From an uncultured Holophagales bacterium (lineage in GTDB: Bacteria > Acidobacteriota > Thermoanaerobaculia > Multivoradales > UBA5704): 64,000 nucleotides of DNA. The DNA is taken from the NCBI GenBank assembly GCA_963842525.1, contig CAWJGT010000003.1, positions 1,664,001-1,728,000 on the forward strand, read 5' to 3'. Position numbers and translations under genes: made by a program. Shown here one piece after another: positions 44,400 through 53,317 of this stretch. Below the pieces are notes generated by a model. It was given only the letters and a program-made list of their open reading frames with translations. It was not told the DNA's origin and did no database searches. Position 1 is the first letter of the stretch, and every line of letters starts with the position of its first letter.

Positions 44400-44714
44400 C
44401 TATCGGAGGTTTAGGAACGACGCCGCGAGAATGGTTCGCACATCCCTCGCTCCGTGCAGGACTCGCAAGATCTGAAGCGGGCGGGTTTCAGGGCGATAGA
44501 TGACCAGATAGGAGTAAACAGGCCAGAATCGGATGGGCTCCTCAGTAAGATCCTCGCGAAGATGCCCCATCAACGGCGTGCCGGCCAGTTTCGCCATGGA
44601 TTCCCGTAGCTTGCTGAGGACACGCTTTGCCGCCTCCGGACTATCCTGCCGGATGAATTCAGCGATCTCTCGCAAGTCCTCCTTCGCTGTTGGAGTGAGG
44701 AGGAATCGACTCAT
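44400..44714 (-). CDS. parE: ParE/RelE family toxin
   Basis: LTPTAKEDLREIAEFI, PLMGHLREDL, YLVIYR and ILRVLHGARD. Confidence 0.9.
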   Translation of the reverse strand: MSRFLLTPTAKEDLREIAEFIRQDSPEAAKRVLSKLRESMAKLAGTPLMGHLREDLTEEPIRFWPVYSYLVIYRPETRPLQILRVLHGARDVRTILAASFLNLR

Positions 44715-44983
44715 TCCTGGCGCTCGGAATCCGAGCCGATCCATTCCTCCAGAGAGTCGAAGACTTCGTCGCCATCCAAGAGCTCACCCTTCTTCGCTTG
44801 TTCCAAGCTGGGGGCTATCAGAACATAGGCGGCTTCTCGAGCCAGATCCCGTTCCTCCAGCAGCCGGAGCCCTTCTCGGACAACTTCGCTTTCCGAAGCA
44901 TAGCGACCCAAGGCGATACGTGAGGAGACGAAGTCTTCGAACTCGGGAGGAAGAGAGACTTTGCGAGGAGCGTGGCCGGACAT
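44711..44983 (-). CDS. parD: ParD-like ribbon-helix-helix antitoxin
   Basis: VSLPPEFEDFV...GRYASESEVVREGLRLLEE; ATGA overlap with the toxin. Confidence 0.88.
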   Translation of the reverse strand: MSGHAPRKVSLPPEFEDFVSSRIALGRYASESEVVREGLRLLEERDLAREAAYVLIAPSLEQAKKGELLDGDEVFDSLEEWIGSDSERQE

Positions 44984-45093
44984 GACTTCAAGATACAACG
45001 TAGCGCAACAGGTTTCAACGAGGCGTCTGTCCGCGTCCTACGGCCCCGTTCCTGCAAGGTAGGATTGCGGTGGGTGTGGAAAGGGGGGTGAAG

Positions 45094-45501
45094 ATGCCAT
45101 GGCACCGGTGGGTGGACCACACGTCCGAAGCCCAGCTCCAGTTGGGAGCGGACAGCTTCGCCGGGATCGCGGCCGAGGCGGGGCGGGCATTGGCGGGCCT
45201 CCTGCTGCGCGGTGAGGCGGCTGAGCCCGATGGCACGCCGTGGATGCTCGAGGTCAGCTCCCACGACCGGGAGGCGCTCCTCGTCGACTGGCTCAACGAG
45301 ATCCTCTACATCGCCGAGACCCAGCTCTGGGTCCCGGTCGACTTCGACGTCCTGGAGGCCTCGGCCACGCACCTGCGGGCGAAAGCCCGAGGCGTGTCCG
45401 TTGCCATCTCCCCATCCCTTGTCAAAGCGGCCACCTTCCACGGCCTCCAGGTGGAGGAGGGGGAGGACGGACTGCGCGCGGAGGTGATTTTCGACGTATG
45501 A
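45094..45501 (+). CDS. Archease
   Basis: DHTSE, LLVDWLNEILY, VKAATFHGL and terminal VIFDV. Confidence 0.9.
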   Translation: MPWHRWVDHTSEAQLQLGADSFAGIAAEAGRALAGLLLRGEAAEPDGTPWMLEVSSHDREALLVDWLNEILYIAETQLWVPVDFDVLEASATHLRAKARGVSVAISPSLVKAATFHGLQVEEGEDGLRAEVIFDV

Positions 45502-46949
45502 CGACCCAGACACTGAAGGCCAAGGCATCCAGCTATCCCGCCAGCCGGGTGAGCCCCGTGCTGGTCGAGATCCCGAAGTCGGCGCGGTCCGACATGAACG
45601 TCCCGGCCCGCGTCTGGGCCGACGAGGTGCTCTGGGAGAAGGCGGTCACCGACCGCACCCTGGACCAGCTCGTCAACGTGGCCACCCTGCCGGGCATCAC
45701 CGGCTATGCCCATGCCATGCCCGACGCCCATGAAGGCTACGGCTTTCCGGTCGGCGGCGTGGCTGCTTTCCGCGCCGAGGACGGCGTCATCTCGCCCGGC
45801 GGCGTCGGCTATGACATCAACTGCGGCGTCCGCCTGCTTGTCTCCGACCTGCAGGTGAACGAGGTGCGGGACCGCATCGAGCCGCTCCTCCATGACCTCA
45901 GCCGGAGCATCCCGTCCGGCACCGGCAAGGGCGGCGACCTGAAGCTGGGCGCGGACGACATGGACCGCGTGCTCGCCGAGGGGTGCGGATACCTCCTGGA
46001 GCGCGGCCTCGCGCTGCCCGAGGACGTCGAGCATACCGAAGCGGGCGGGGCCCTGCCGGGCGCCGATCCGGACAAGGTCTCGACGCGGGCCCGCGAGCGC
46101 GGACGCGGCCAGCTCGGTACCATCGGCTCCGGTAACCACTTCGTCGAGATCCAGCGGGTCGACCGCATCCTCGACGACAAGGCCGCCCGTGCGCTGGGGC
46201 TGCGCGAAGGGCAGCTCACGATCCTGATCCACACCGGATCGCGCGGCCTGGGGCACCAGGTCTGCACGGACTATGTGCGGGCCATGGATGCGGTCATGGC
46301 CCGCCACGGCATCAAGCTGCCGGATCGCGAGCTGGCCTGCGCGCCGTTCTCCTCGCCCGAGGGCAAGGCCTACTTCGTTGCCATGTGCGCCGCCGCCAAT
46401 TACGCCTTCGCGAACCGCCAGGCCATCACCCACGCGGCCCGGCAGGTCTTCAAGCATGCCCTGGGGGACCAGGGACGGCTGCGTCTCGTCTACGACGTGG
46501 CCCACAACATGGCGAAGCTGGAAGAGCATGGCAAGCGCAAGCTCGTGGTCCACCGCAAGGGAGCGACCCGCGCCTTCGGCCCCTCCCATCCGGAGACCCC
46601 GCGGGCCTACCGGGGAATTGGCCAGCCGGTGTTCATCCCGGGCAGCATGGGGACCGCCTCCTACGTGCTGGTGGGGACCGACGAAGGCTTCGGCCTCACC
46701 TTCGGCAGCACCTGCCACGGCGCCGGCCGGGCCATGAGCCGGACCGCGGCGAAGAAGGTGAAGTCCGGCCAGGAGGTGCGCAAGGACCTGGAAGAGAAGG
46801 GGATCGTGGTCCGCGCCTCGACGGGCGAGCTGGCCGAAGAGGCCCCCCACGCCTACAAGGACGTCGACCGGGTCGTCGAGGTCGTCCACCAGGCCGGCCT
46901 GGCGCGCAAGGTCGCCCGCCTCGTACCCGTCGGAGTCATCAAGGGCTGA
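45498..46949 (+). CDS. rtcB: RNA ligase RtcB
   Basis: Motifs MPDAHEGYGFPVGG, GVGYDINCG, GSGNHFVE, HTGSRG, YDVAHN, HRKGAT, HGAGR and EEAPHAYK. Confidence 0.95.
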   Translation: MTTQTLKAKASSYPASRVSPVLVEIPKSARSDMNVPARVWADEVLWEKAVTDRTLDQLVNVATLPGITGYAHAMPDAHEGYGFPVGGVAAFRAEDGVISPGGVGYDINCGVRLLVSDLQVNEVRDRIEPLLHDLSRSIPSGTGKGGDLKLGADDMDRVLAEGCGYLLERGLALPEDVEHTEAGGALPGADPDKVSTRARERGRGQLGTIGSGNHFVEIQRVDRILDDKAARALGLREGQLTILIHTGSRGLGHQVCTDYVRAMDAVMARHGIKLPDRELACAPFSSPEGKAYFVAMCAAANYAFANRQAITHAARQVFKHALGDQGRLRLVYDVAHNMAKLEEHGKRKLVVHRKGATRAFGPSHPETPRAYRGIGQPVFIPGSMGTASYVLVGTDEGFGLTFGSTCHGAGRAMSRTAAKKVKSGQEVRKDLEEKGIVVRASTGELAEEAPHAYKDVDRVVEVVHQAGLARKVARLVPVGVIKG

Positions 46950-47037
46950 CCGGGAGGTGACCGGAAAAGAGGAAAGCACACCGATTGCCACACCCGCGGT
47001 GTGCGAAAGCCGGGTCGAGCGTTTAAAATGAATACCG

Positions 47038-47310
47038 ATGACCGAAAAGAAGGAACCGACCCCAAACCCGGAAGCCGGCCAGGGCCGCGGCCCCACCACC
47101 GTCAATGCCGCCACCCAGGCGCTGGAGCGCGCCGGCCGGCCCCTCACCACCCAGGAGCTGATCCCTGAGATGAAAGCGCTCGGCTGGAGGAGCCGGGGCG
47201 GCGAGTACTACTCCGTCTTCGGCGCCCTGGCCCGGGCCGCGAAGCAGGAGGGGACCCGGGTGGTCAAGGCCGGACCGGGAGCCTGGGGGCTGCGCGACTG
47301 GTTGTTTTGA
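47038..47310 (+). CDS. Small winged-helix protein (HARE-HTH-like)
   Basis: AATQALERAGRPLTTQELI...VVKAGPGAWGLRDW. Confidence 0.65.
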   Translation: MTEKKEPTPNPEAGQGRGPTTVNAATQALERAGRPLTTQELIPEMKALGWRSRGGEYYSVFGALARAAKQEGTRVVKAGPGAWGLRDWLF

Positions 47311-47338
47311 AGAGACGGCTCACGGTGCGAGATGAGCA

Positions 47339-47402
47339 ATGAGCCGGGTCAACGGTCAGGTTGCCTGACGATGAGCCCGGCTAACGGTCAGGCTGCCTGA
47401 CG
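47339..47402. repeat. 32-bp tandem duplication containing the palindrome GTCAGG-N3-CCTGAC
   Basis: ATGAGCCGGGTCAACGGTCAGGTTGCCTGACG and ATGAGCCCGGCTAACGGTCAGGCTGCCTGACG; a third core lies at 52726-52744. Confidence 0.8.
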
Positions 47403-47496
47403 ATTGGCAGGGTTGAGGAGCCCGTCTGAACAAACGGGCCTTCGAGGTGTCCAGAGACGGCACGGTGTTGCCACCGGAGCCGAAAGGAGCCTCGCG

Positions 47497-49203
47497 ATGC
47501 GCCGATCCGTTCGTAGCAGCCGTTTCTTCCTCGCCTCGATCCTGCTGATCCTGCTGGCCTTGTCCCGGCCTCCCCTTGCGGCCCAGGCTCTTCCGGAGCC
47601 GGCCGAGCCCGGGAGGCGTGCCTTCGTCCTCGGCCAGGACAAGCTGGCTGTGATCGACGACGCCAGCTTCTCGCTCCTCGCCACCATCCCCCTGCCGCAG
47701 CGCACCATGACGTGGTGGCTCTCCGAGGACGGCACCCGCCTGAGCGTCATCTCGCAGGAGGGCATCTTCCGCATCCGCGAGGCGGCCCGGCTGACCGTCG
47801 TCGATCTGACGACCCTCAAGGCCCTGCCTACAGTGCCGCTCGATTTTCACTTCCAGAGCGCGCTCAAGGCCAAGGACGGCAGGACCGGGTACGTGCTCTT
47901 CACGGGCCGGCCCGGCAAGAAGGGTGCGGAGCATGTGCCGCCTTCGCTCGTGCGGATCGACGCCGCGGCGGGCCGGCCGGCTGGCCGCCGCGAGCTGACT
48001 GAGGTCCCCACCTTCATGACACTTACCGGCGACGAGTCCGCGCTCCTGCTGTTCGACCGCGGCGAGCTGGGCACGGAGCCGGCGAAGAGGCGCCCCGCGC
48101 ACCTGGAGATCCTGGACGCCGGCACCCTGGAGCCGCGTGCCGTGCTCGACCTGCCCGGCCCCTTCGCCGATCTCTTCTGGAACGGCGACCGGTCGCTCTT
48201 CTATCTGCTCGACCCCGGCATCGACCACAAGCAGCCGGAGCGGGCCGTGCCCGGGCACGTCTATGTGATCGATCCGGCCGCGGCCAAGCTGGTGGCCGAC
48301 CTGGAGGTGGGTGTCGGCCCCGGGCCGCTCTCCTGGGACCCGCAGAAAGAGGTTTTCTATCTCCTCACCCGGCCGCGCAAGGCGAAGGACGCGGCAGCCT
48401 CGATCCAGGTGCTCGACCGCGACCGGATCGTCAAGGAGCTGGAGCTGCCGCGCCGGCCGCTGTCGGTCGTCCCGGCGCCGGACCGCAGCCGTTTCTATGT
48501 CCTGGAGGACGCGGGAATCACGATCGTGGACGGCGAGATCTCGGGCATCGAAGGACGGATCCCATTGACCCGCCCCGCCGCGAATCTGATCCTCCTCGAT
48601 CCGCCGGTGCGCGGCTACGTCCTCCACCCCGACTCGGGCGTCGTGAGCGCCATCGACCTCCAATCGCGGCACGTCCTCGCCGAGGTCACGACCGGGCGCA
48701 CAGGTGTGAAAGTTGGCAAGTGGATGGCGGCCGTGGCGGCGACGACCCTGGGCGGCATGCAGGCGCAGATGCTCTACGGCAACTACGCCCTCGGCCAGGT
48801 CGTCACCGTCCCGGCGGCGCAGACCGGAGCCTTCGTGGCGCCGGACGGCAAGACGATCTACGTCCACAACAGCCAGACCAACGACCTGACGCAGATCGAC
48901 ACCGAGACCCAGAAGGTCCTCGGCATGTTCGGCGCCGGATCGCACCTGGAGACCGTGCTCGACGGAAAATACCTGGCCGCACCAAAGCCGGGCGAGCTGG
49001 TCCTGGTCGACCTCGCCGCCCGCCAGCCGCTGCCGCAGATCGAGGTCCCCGGCATGACCACCCTCTGCCCCGACGGCCGCCACGCCTACAGCCTCGGCAT
49101 GCGCGGCCTCGGCATCGTCGACCTGGAGACGAGGAAGATCGTGAAGCAGCTTCCGGAGGTGCCGATGGGGTTCGTCTTCTATTTTCCGAAGGAGGGGAGC
49201 TGA
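47497..49203 (+). CDS. Secreted YncE/YVTN-like beta-propeller protein
   Basis: AAGGAG RBS, signal peptide, and repeats V.VID......VA.L.VG..P and (A/P)DG...YV. Confidence 0.75.
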   Translation: MRRSVRSSRFFLASILLILLALSRPPLAAQALPEPAEPGRRAFVLGQDKLAVIDDASFSLLATIPLPQRTMTWWLSEDGTRLSVISQEGIFRIREAARLTVVDLTTLKALPTVPLDFHFQSALKAKDGRTGYVLFTGRPGKKGAEHVPPSLVRIDAAAGRPAGRRELTEVPTFMTLTGDESALLLFDRGELGTEPAKRRPAHLEILDAGTLEPRAVLDLPGPFADLFWNGDRSLFYLLDPGIDHKQPERAVPGHVYVIDPAAAKLVADLEVGVGPGPLSWDPQKEVFYLLTRPRKAKDAAASIQVLDRDRIVKELELPRRPLSVVPAPDRSRFYVLEDAGITIVDGEISGIEGRIPLTRPAANLILLDPPVRGYVLHPDSGVVSAIDLQSRHVLAEVTTGRTGVKVGKWMAAVAATTLGGMQAQMLYGNYALGQVVTVPAAQTGAFVAPDGKTIYVHNSQTNDLTQIDTETQKVLGMFGAGSHLETVLDGKYLAAPKPGELVLVDLAARQPLPQIEVPGMTTLCPDGRHAYSLGMRGLGIVDLETRKIVKQLPEVPMGFVFYFPKEGS

Positions 49204-49306
49204 CGCTGGCTTTGGGGAGCGTACGCTGAGCCAGTGTCTCGGGAAACTGCGCCAGCGCGAGCTGACGCTGGCTTTGCGGAGCGTACGCTGGGCCAGTGTC
49301 TCGGGA
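49197..49306. repeat. 62-bp-period tandem duplication overlapping the upstream stop codon
   Basis: GAGCTGACGCTGGCTTTG(G/C)GGAGCGTACGCTG(A/G)GCCAGTGTCTCGGGA at 49197 and 49259. Confidence 0.8.
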
Positions 49307-49635
49307 CGCTGCACCCTGGAGTCTGCTGTCAACCGCTCCCGCGAAGAGCCGGCAAGACGCCAGCGCTCCCAGGGGGCGCTCCCAGGGTTTTCAAGGCACG
49401 TAGGGGTCACAGGGGTCGGCCGGTCCGGTGCCGGCGAGGAGCTTGCCCAGGGCTGGGCGCTCAGGAGGCACTCCGGTTGCAATCATAAGGGTATATGTGT
49501 TTATAACAAAGAATGTACCAGCTTGACAACTTTCTGGTCAAGAGTATTCTAGCTTTACAAAGTCATCTTCTTCACGGCGACCTGTGGGACTCCAGTCCCA
49601 TCTGGAGCCGGCCCGCCGGGGATCTTCGGAGAATT

Positions 49636-50751
49636 ATGGAACTGAAATCCGTGCCCTCGCCCTCTTCCAACATCTTTATCAACTATCGCCGCGACGACTG
49701 CGCGGGCCATGCGGGCCGGCTGAAGGATGTCCTCAACCGCCATTTCTCCGGCCGGGTGTTCATGGATCTCGACACCATCGATCCTGGAGTCGACTTCGTT
49801 GACGCGATCGAGCACGCCGTCGGCTCGTGCGAGGTGCTGATCGTCATGATCGGTAGGGACTGGCTGACTGCCACCGACGGGCGGCGGCGCCTCGACAACC
49901 CGGATGACTTCGTGCGCCTGGAGATTGCGAAGGCGCTCGAGCGCAGCATCCGGGTCATCCCCGTGCTGGTGGACGGCGCCTCGATGCCGCGGTCCTCAGA
50001 TCTGCCCCCGGTCCTCGCCAGTCTGGCTCGGCGCAATGCGATCGAGCTCAGCAATGCCCGTTGGGCTTTCGACGTGGAACGGCTCGAGCAGGTGATTACG
50101 GGCGTTCTTGTCGCTCGCGGAGCTGTCCAGATCGCGCCGCAATCCCCGGTTCCCGCGCGGACCCGTGGAATAGGCTCGAAGGCCTGGCTCGGCCTCCTCG
50201 CCGCGATAGTGCTGGCGGTGGGAGTCTGGGCGCTGTGGAACGCTGGCAGTCAGGGGCGAGTTCGCAACGGCAACGACGAACAGAACAGACCGCTGTCCGT
50301 AGAGACCGTGACGCCTTCGGACAACGACGTTGCGTTGACGCCCGCTCCCGGCGAGGAGAGTTCCGCAGTGGAGGTCTATTCCGAAGGTCGCTTGACCATG
50401 CGAGAGAACTCATTGTGCGATCTCGATGTAGGGAGCGAAAGCACGCTAGGCGCTGATCTCGCGTGGCGCCAGGTCTCGCGGACCAAGAGATTCCTCACAC
50501 CGCAGAATGGCACGGAGCTCAGCGTCGTCGGCCTGCGGGATTTTGATTCGATCAGACCCGCGGACCTGTCCCGGTTCCAGTATTCCCAGGAGGAGATCGA
50601 CGCCAGCAAAGCGACCTTCGGCGCGAAATCCCGACGGCTTCCCCAGGGCACCGTCATCGCCTATCGAACGAACGAGGGGCGATACGGGAAGCTCCGGGTC
50701 GAGGAATACGGTCAGGATCTGACCATCCGTTGGACCACGTATCCGAATTGA
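49636..50751 (+). CDS. TIR_2 domain + single TM + extracytoplasmic domain
   Basis: [35 protein letters not shown] and VIPVLV; [20 protein letters not shown]; C-terminal [13 protein letters not shown]. Confidence 0.85.
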   Translation: MELKSVPSPSSNIFINYRRDDCAGHAGRLKDVLNRHFSGRVFMDLDTIDPGVDFVDAIEHAVGSCEVLIVMIGRDWLTATDGRRRLDNPDDFVRLEIAKALERSIRVIPVLVDGASMPRSSDLPPVLASLARRNAIELSNARWAFDVERLEQVITGVLVARGAVQIAPQSPVPARTRGIGSKAWLGLLAAIVLAVGVWALWNAGSQGRVRNGNDEQNRPLSVETVTPSDNDVALTPAPGEESSAVEVYSEGRLTMRENSLCDLDVGSESTLGADLAWRQVSRTKRFLTPQNGTELSVVGLRDFDSIRPADLSRFQYSQEEIDASKATFGAKSRRLPQGTVIAYRTNEGRYGKLRVEEYGQDLTIRWTTYPN

Positions 50752-50806
50752 TCCGATCCGCCCACTGACAGGGCGCGGCGCCTCCGAGGGCGAGCCGAGC
50801 GCCGCC

Positions 50807-51110
50807 GATTACAGAAATTTTACGTGCCCGCAACGCCTGCGGCACCAGCCTCCGTTACGATCGGAGCGCTCGCTCCTCGGGCTCGAAAAGGAGGACTCCG
50901 TGTCCATCCTGTCACGTCCTGTTGCCGCGGTCGCTCTCATCCTCTTGGCGTCGGTCGCTCTCGGGGCCGCTGCCCGCGACGCCTCGCCGGAGTGGCCGCA
51001 ATGGCGCGGTCCCAACCGGGATGCTGTCGCCAAGGAGACGGGGCTGCTCACGCAGTGGCCGGAGGCCGGGCCGCCGCTGGCCTGGAAGGCGTCCGGCCTC
51101 GGCAGCGGCT
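50807..51110 (+). repeat. Left copy of a ~300-bp diverged direct repeat (upstream region + 5' end of the PQQ-propeller gene)
   Basis: Colinear with 62998-63306 from GATTACAGAAA to GGC(A/G)GCGGCT. Confidence 0.88.
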
Positions 51111-51145
51111 GGGCTGCTTCGCGCGCTGCTGCGCGAGGGGTGTAG
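50900..51145 (+). pseudogene. Truncated 5' copy of the PQQ-like beta-propeller gene
   Basis: [13 protein letters not shown]...[37 protein letters not shown], then unrelated sequence and a stop. Confidence 0.85.
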
Positions 51146-51171
51146 CCGTATTCGCGGTCGAGCCCCCAGAG

Positions 51172-51696
51172 ATGGACGACGCGCCCTTCGGAGAGGCAGG
51201 TGTGGATCGGCTGCGGAAGCTGCGCGACCTCCCGCCGCCGCCGAGCCCGTGGCGGTTCGTGAGCGGAGAAACCTTTTTGTATCTGGGCCGGCAATACCGG
51301 CTGCGGGTCGAGGTTCCCGGCGAGCCGAAGGCCGGCGTCAGGTTGCAGAGCGGCTGGCTGACCGTGGGCCTGCCTGCGGAGACGTCGGACGAGGCGCGGC
51401 CGGCGCTGATCCGCAAGGCGCTGCTGGCCTGGTACCGGCGGCATGCGGCCGAGAGGGGCCCGGAAAGAGTGACCTGGTGGAGCGAGCGGCTGGCACTGCA
51501 TCCCGCGGGCGTTCTGATCCGCAGCCAGGAGAAGCGGTGGGCCTCCTGCGATCCCGCGGGGGCTTTACGTTTCAACTGGCGGATCATCCATCCCGACCAC
51601 ACCCCCGCCTACTGGGCTGCCCTGGGGCAGGCACTGCCGGATTACGAAGACCGGCGGGACGCGCTGCGCAAGGCCGGGGCGCGGCTGGTGTGGTGA
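51172..51696 (+). pseudogene. DUF45/YgjP-type (M48-like) metallopeptidase remnant lacking its N-terminus and HExxH
   Basis: FVSGETFLYLGRQYRL, KRWASC and LRFNWRII joined directly to HPDHTPAYW; the YVVxHELxH segment is missing. Confidence 0.75.
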
Positions 51697-51734
51697 GACC
51701 GAACGCACGCCGTGCGCCGGTTGTTCGTGACCCA

Positions 51735-52388
51735 ATGTTGCGCGACCACGTCTTCCCGTGGGTGGCCATGAAGCACACTATGCAGAATCGGCTCCGCGGG
51801 CTCGATGTCGAGGAGGCCGCCGAGGATCTGATCGATTATGCAGAGGGCCTTACAGAGATGCCCGGTTATGCCTATGCAGCCAAATGGTACAAAGACCAGC
51901 TCACGAACTGGATCAAGTTAGCGAAGAAAACAGAAAATCCCGACAAGAAAACGATTAATGTCTGGGTCGAGCAACTCCTCAGCTATCGCAATGCGCTTCC
52001 TCTGTCCGTCACCACCTACCGGCGGTCGTCGGGTGGGCATAACGAAGGGCTATTACTCGGGAATCTCGCGCACTATGACAAACTTGCCGAGGACGGTAAG
52101 CTCACAGATGCCAAGGACTGCCATTATGATCCGGTGGCCACCGTTTGGGCGGTCTGCGACTACCACCCACCCACTTCGGTCTCCGACGATGAGATCGCCG
52201 CAACCCTGGCGCAGTTCATCCACTCGATGGAGTGGGGATACCCAAGTCTTTTTGCTGAGGACGGGTTGATCGGAGAGGGCGCGATCTTCAAAGGGCTCGC
52301 TGGCGTGATCGACGGCTTCCTGGACCGCGTGGCGGATGCCAAAACGAGGAAGGTGGGGATTCTCACCAAGGTCCAGGCTCTTATGTGA
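51735..52388 (+). CDS. Hypothetical protein, lower GC, possibly 5'-truncated
   Basis: 217 codons with natural amino-acid composition; no family recognised. Confidence 0.55.
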   Translation: MLRDHVFPWVAMKHTMQNRLRGLDVEEAAEDLIDYAEGLTEMPGYAYAAKWYKDQLTNWIKLAKKTENPDKKTINVWVEQLLSYRNALPLSVTTYRRSSGGHNEGLLLGNLAHYDKLAEDGKLTDAKDCHYDPVATVWAVCDYHPPTSVSDDEIAATLAQFIHSMEWGYPSLFAEDGLIGEGAIFKGLAGVIDGFLDRVADAKTRKVGILTKVQALM

Positions 52389-52461
52389 AGTCTCCCTGGC
52401 CCCCTTGAAAAGGATCTCCACCGGTCCGGACAGAAGGCGAGACCGGGCATACGGCGCTGAA

Positions 52462-52689
52462 TCAGGCCGCCTTCAGCATGAAGTTGACGTGCACGGCGTC
52501 AAACGGGAATACGATTTGGCCGTCCTCGGTCTTTTGAAGGACTCCCGCGTTGAGCAGTGCATGGACATCGCCGTGTACCGCCTTGACGTCTCGTCCCACC
52601 CGCCGGGCCGCTTCACGGAGCGTCACCGGCCCGGCGCCTGTCAGCACCGAGAGCAGCTCCCACCGCTTCTGCGTCAGCACCTTGAACAA
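52462..52689 (-). pseudogene. C-terminal fragment of an HTH regulator/antitoxin (HVO_A0114-like)
   Basis: VLTQKRWELL...TLREAARRVGRDVKAVHGDVHAL..AGVL...FPFDAVHV; the N-terminal part is absent. Confidence 0.7.
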
Positions 52690-52831
52690 AAGCGCCGGGT
52701 GCTGTCAAATACTCCCGGGGAGGATAACGGTCAGGCAGCCTGACTTGAACCGGCCGGATGTTTTAGTAACGGCAGCGGAGATTGTCGCAACCTGCGTAAT
52801 GTTTATCGCAACTTAAGGACCTCATGGCCGC

Positions 52832-53023
52832 CCTATCCGGCCCAACGGGCCGGGAGATCCCAGCCCAGGGATGAGGCCGCAGGCCGATTCCCTGGGATTC
52901 AAAGGCCGCCACGATCATGCGGCCTGAAAGGCCGCGGGGTAGATCGGCCTCCTAGGACCCAGGGCGTCGGCCTTCGGCCTCGGCCCTGGGCTATGTTCTC
53001 CCGGCCCCTTGGGCCGGATGGGA
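52832..53023. repeat. REPIN-like inverted repeat
   Basis: ATCCGGCCCAACGGGCCGGGAGA...AGCCCAGGG pairs with CCCTGGGCT...TCTCCCGGCCCCTTGGGCCGGAT. Confidence 0.75.
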
Positions 53024-53317
53024 ATTCAGTGCGCCTAGGTTATTTCGGACAGGCCCTAAGCAGAGTTTGTCGCAATCTGTGCAGGGAACATCGCAACTGG
53101 CAGGAATATTTTAGTGGATTCCGCAGCCCGGCAATGCCTGTGGCCTGACGACCTGTGGCGAGTGGCTGGAGAGCCAGGGAAGCGAGGGGGCGTTCGCCTT
53201 TTCCATGCCTCTCGCGACGCCGGCCGAAGCTCCGGCGAGCTGCGAGCAGGCGTTCCCCTGGCTGACGGGCGCCGTGAGCCTTCCCGCGGCGCCCCGATCC
53301 GGCTTCTGCTGGAGCTG

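Noticed and set aside
870-49482. Long antisense or alternate-frame ORFs such as 870..2231, 5631..7448, 9127..11070, 26677..28020, 39174..40550, 42233..44503, 45306..47150 and 47356..49482
   Set aside because: They are shadows of well-supported genes in high-GC DNA where stop codons are rare, and carry no recognisable motifs.
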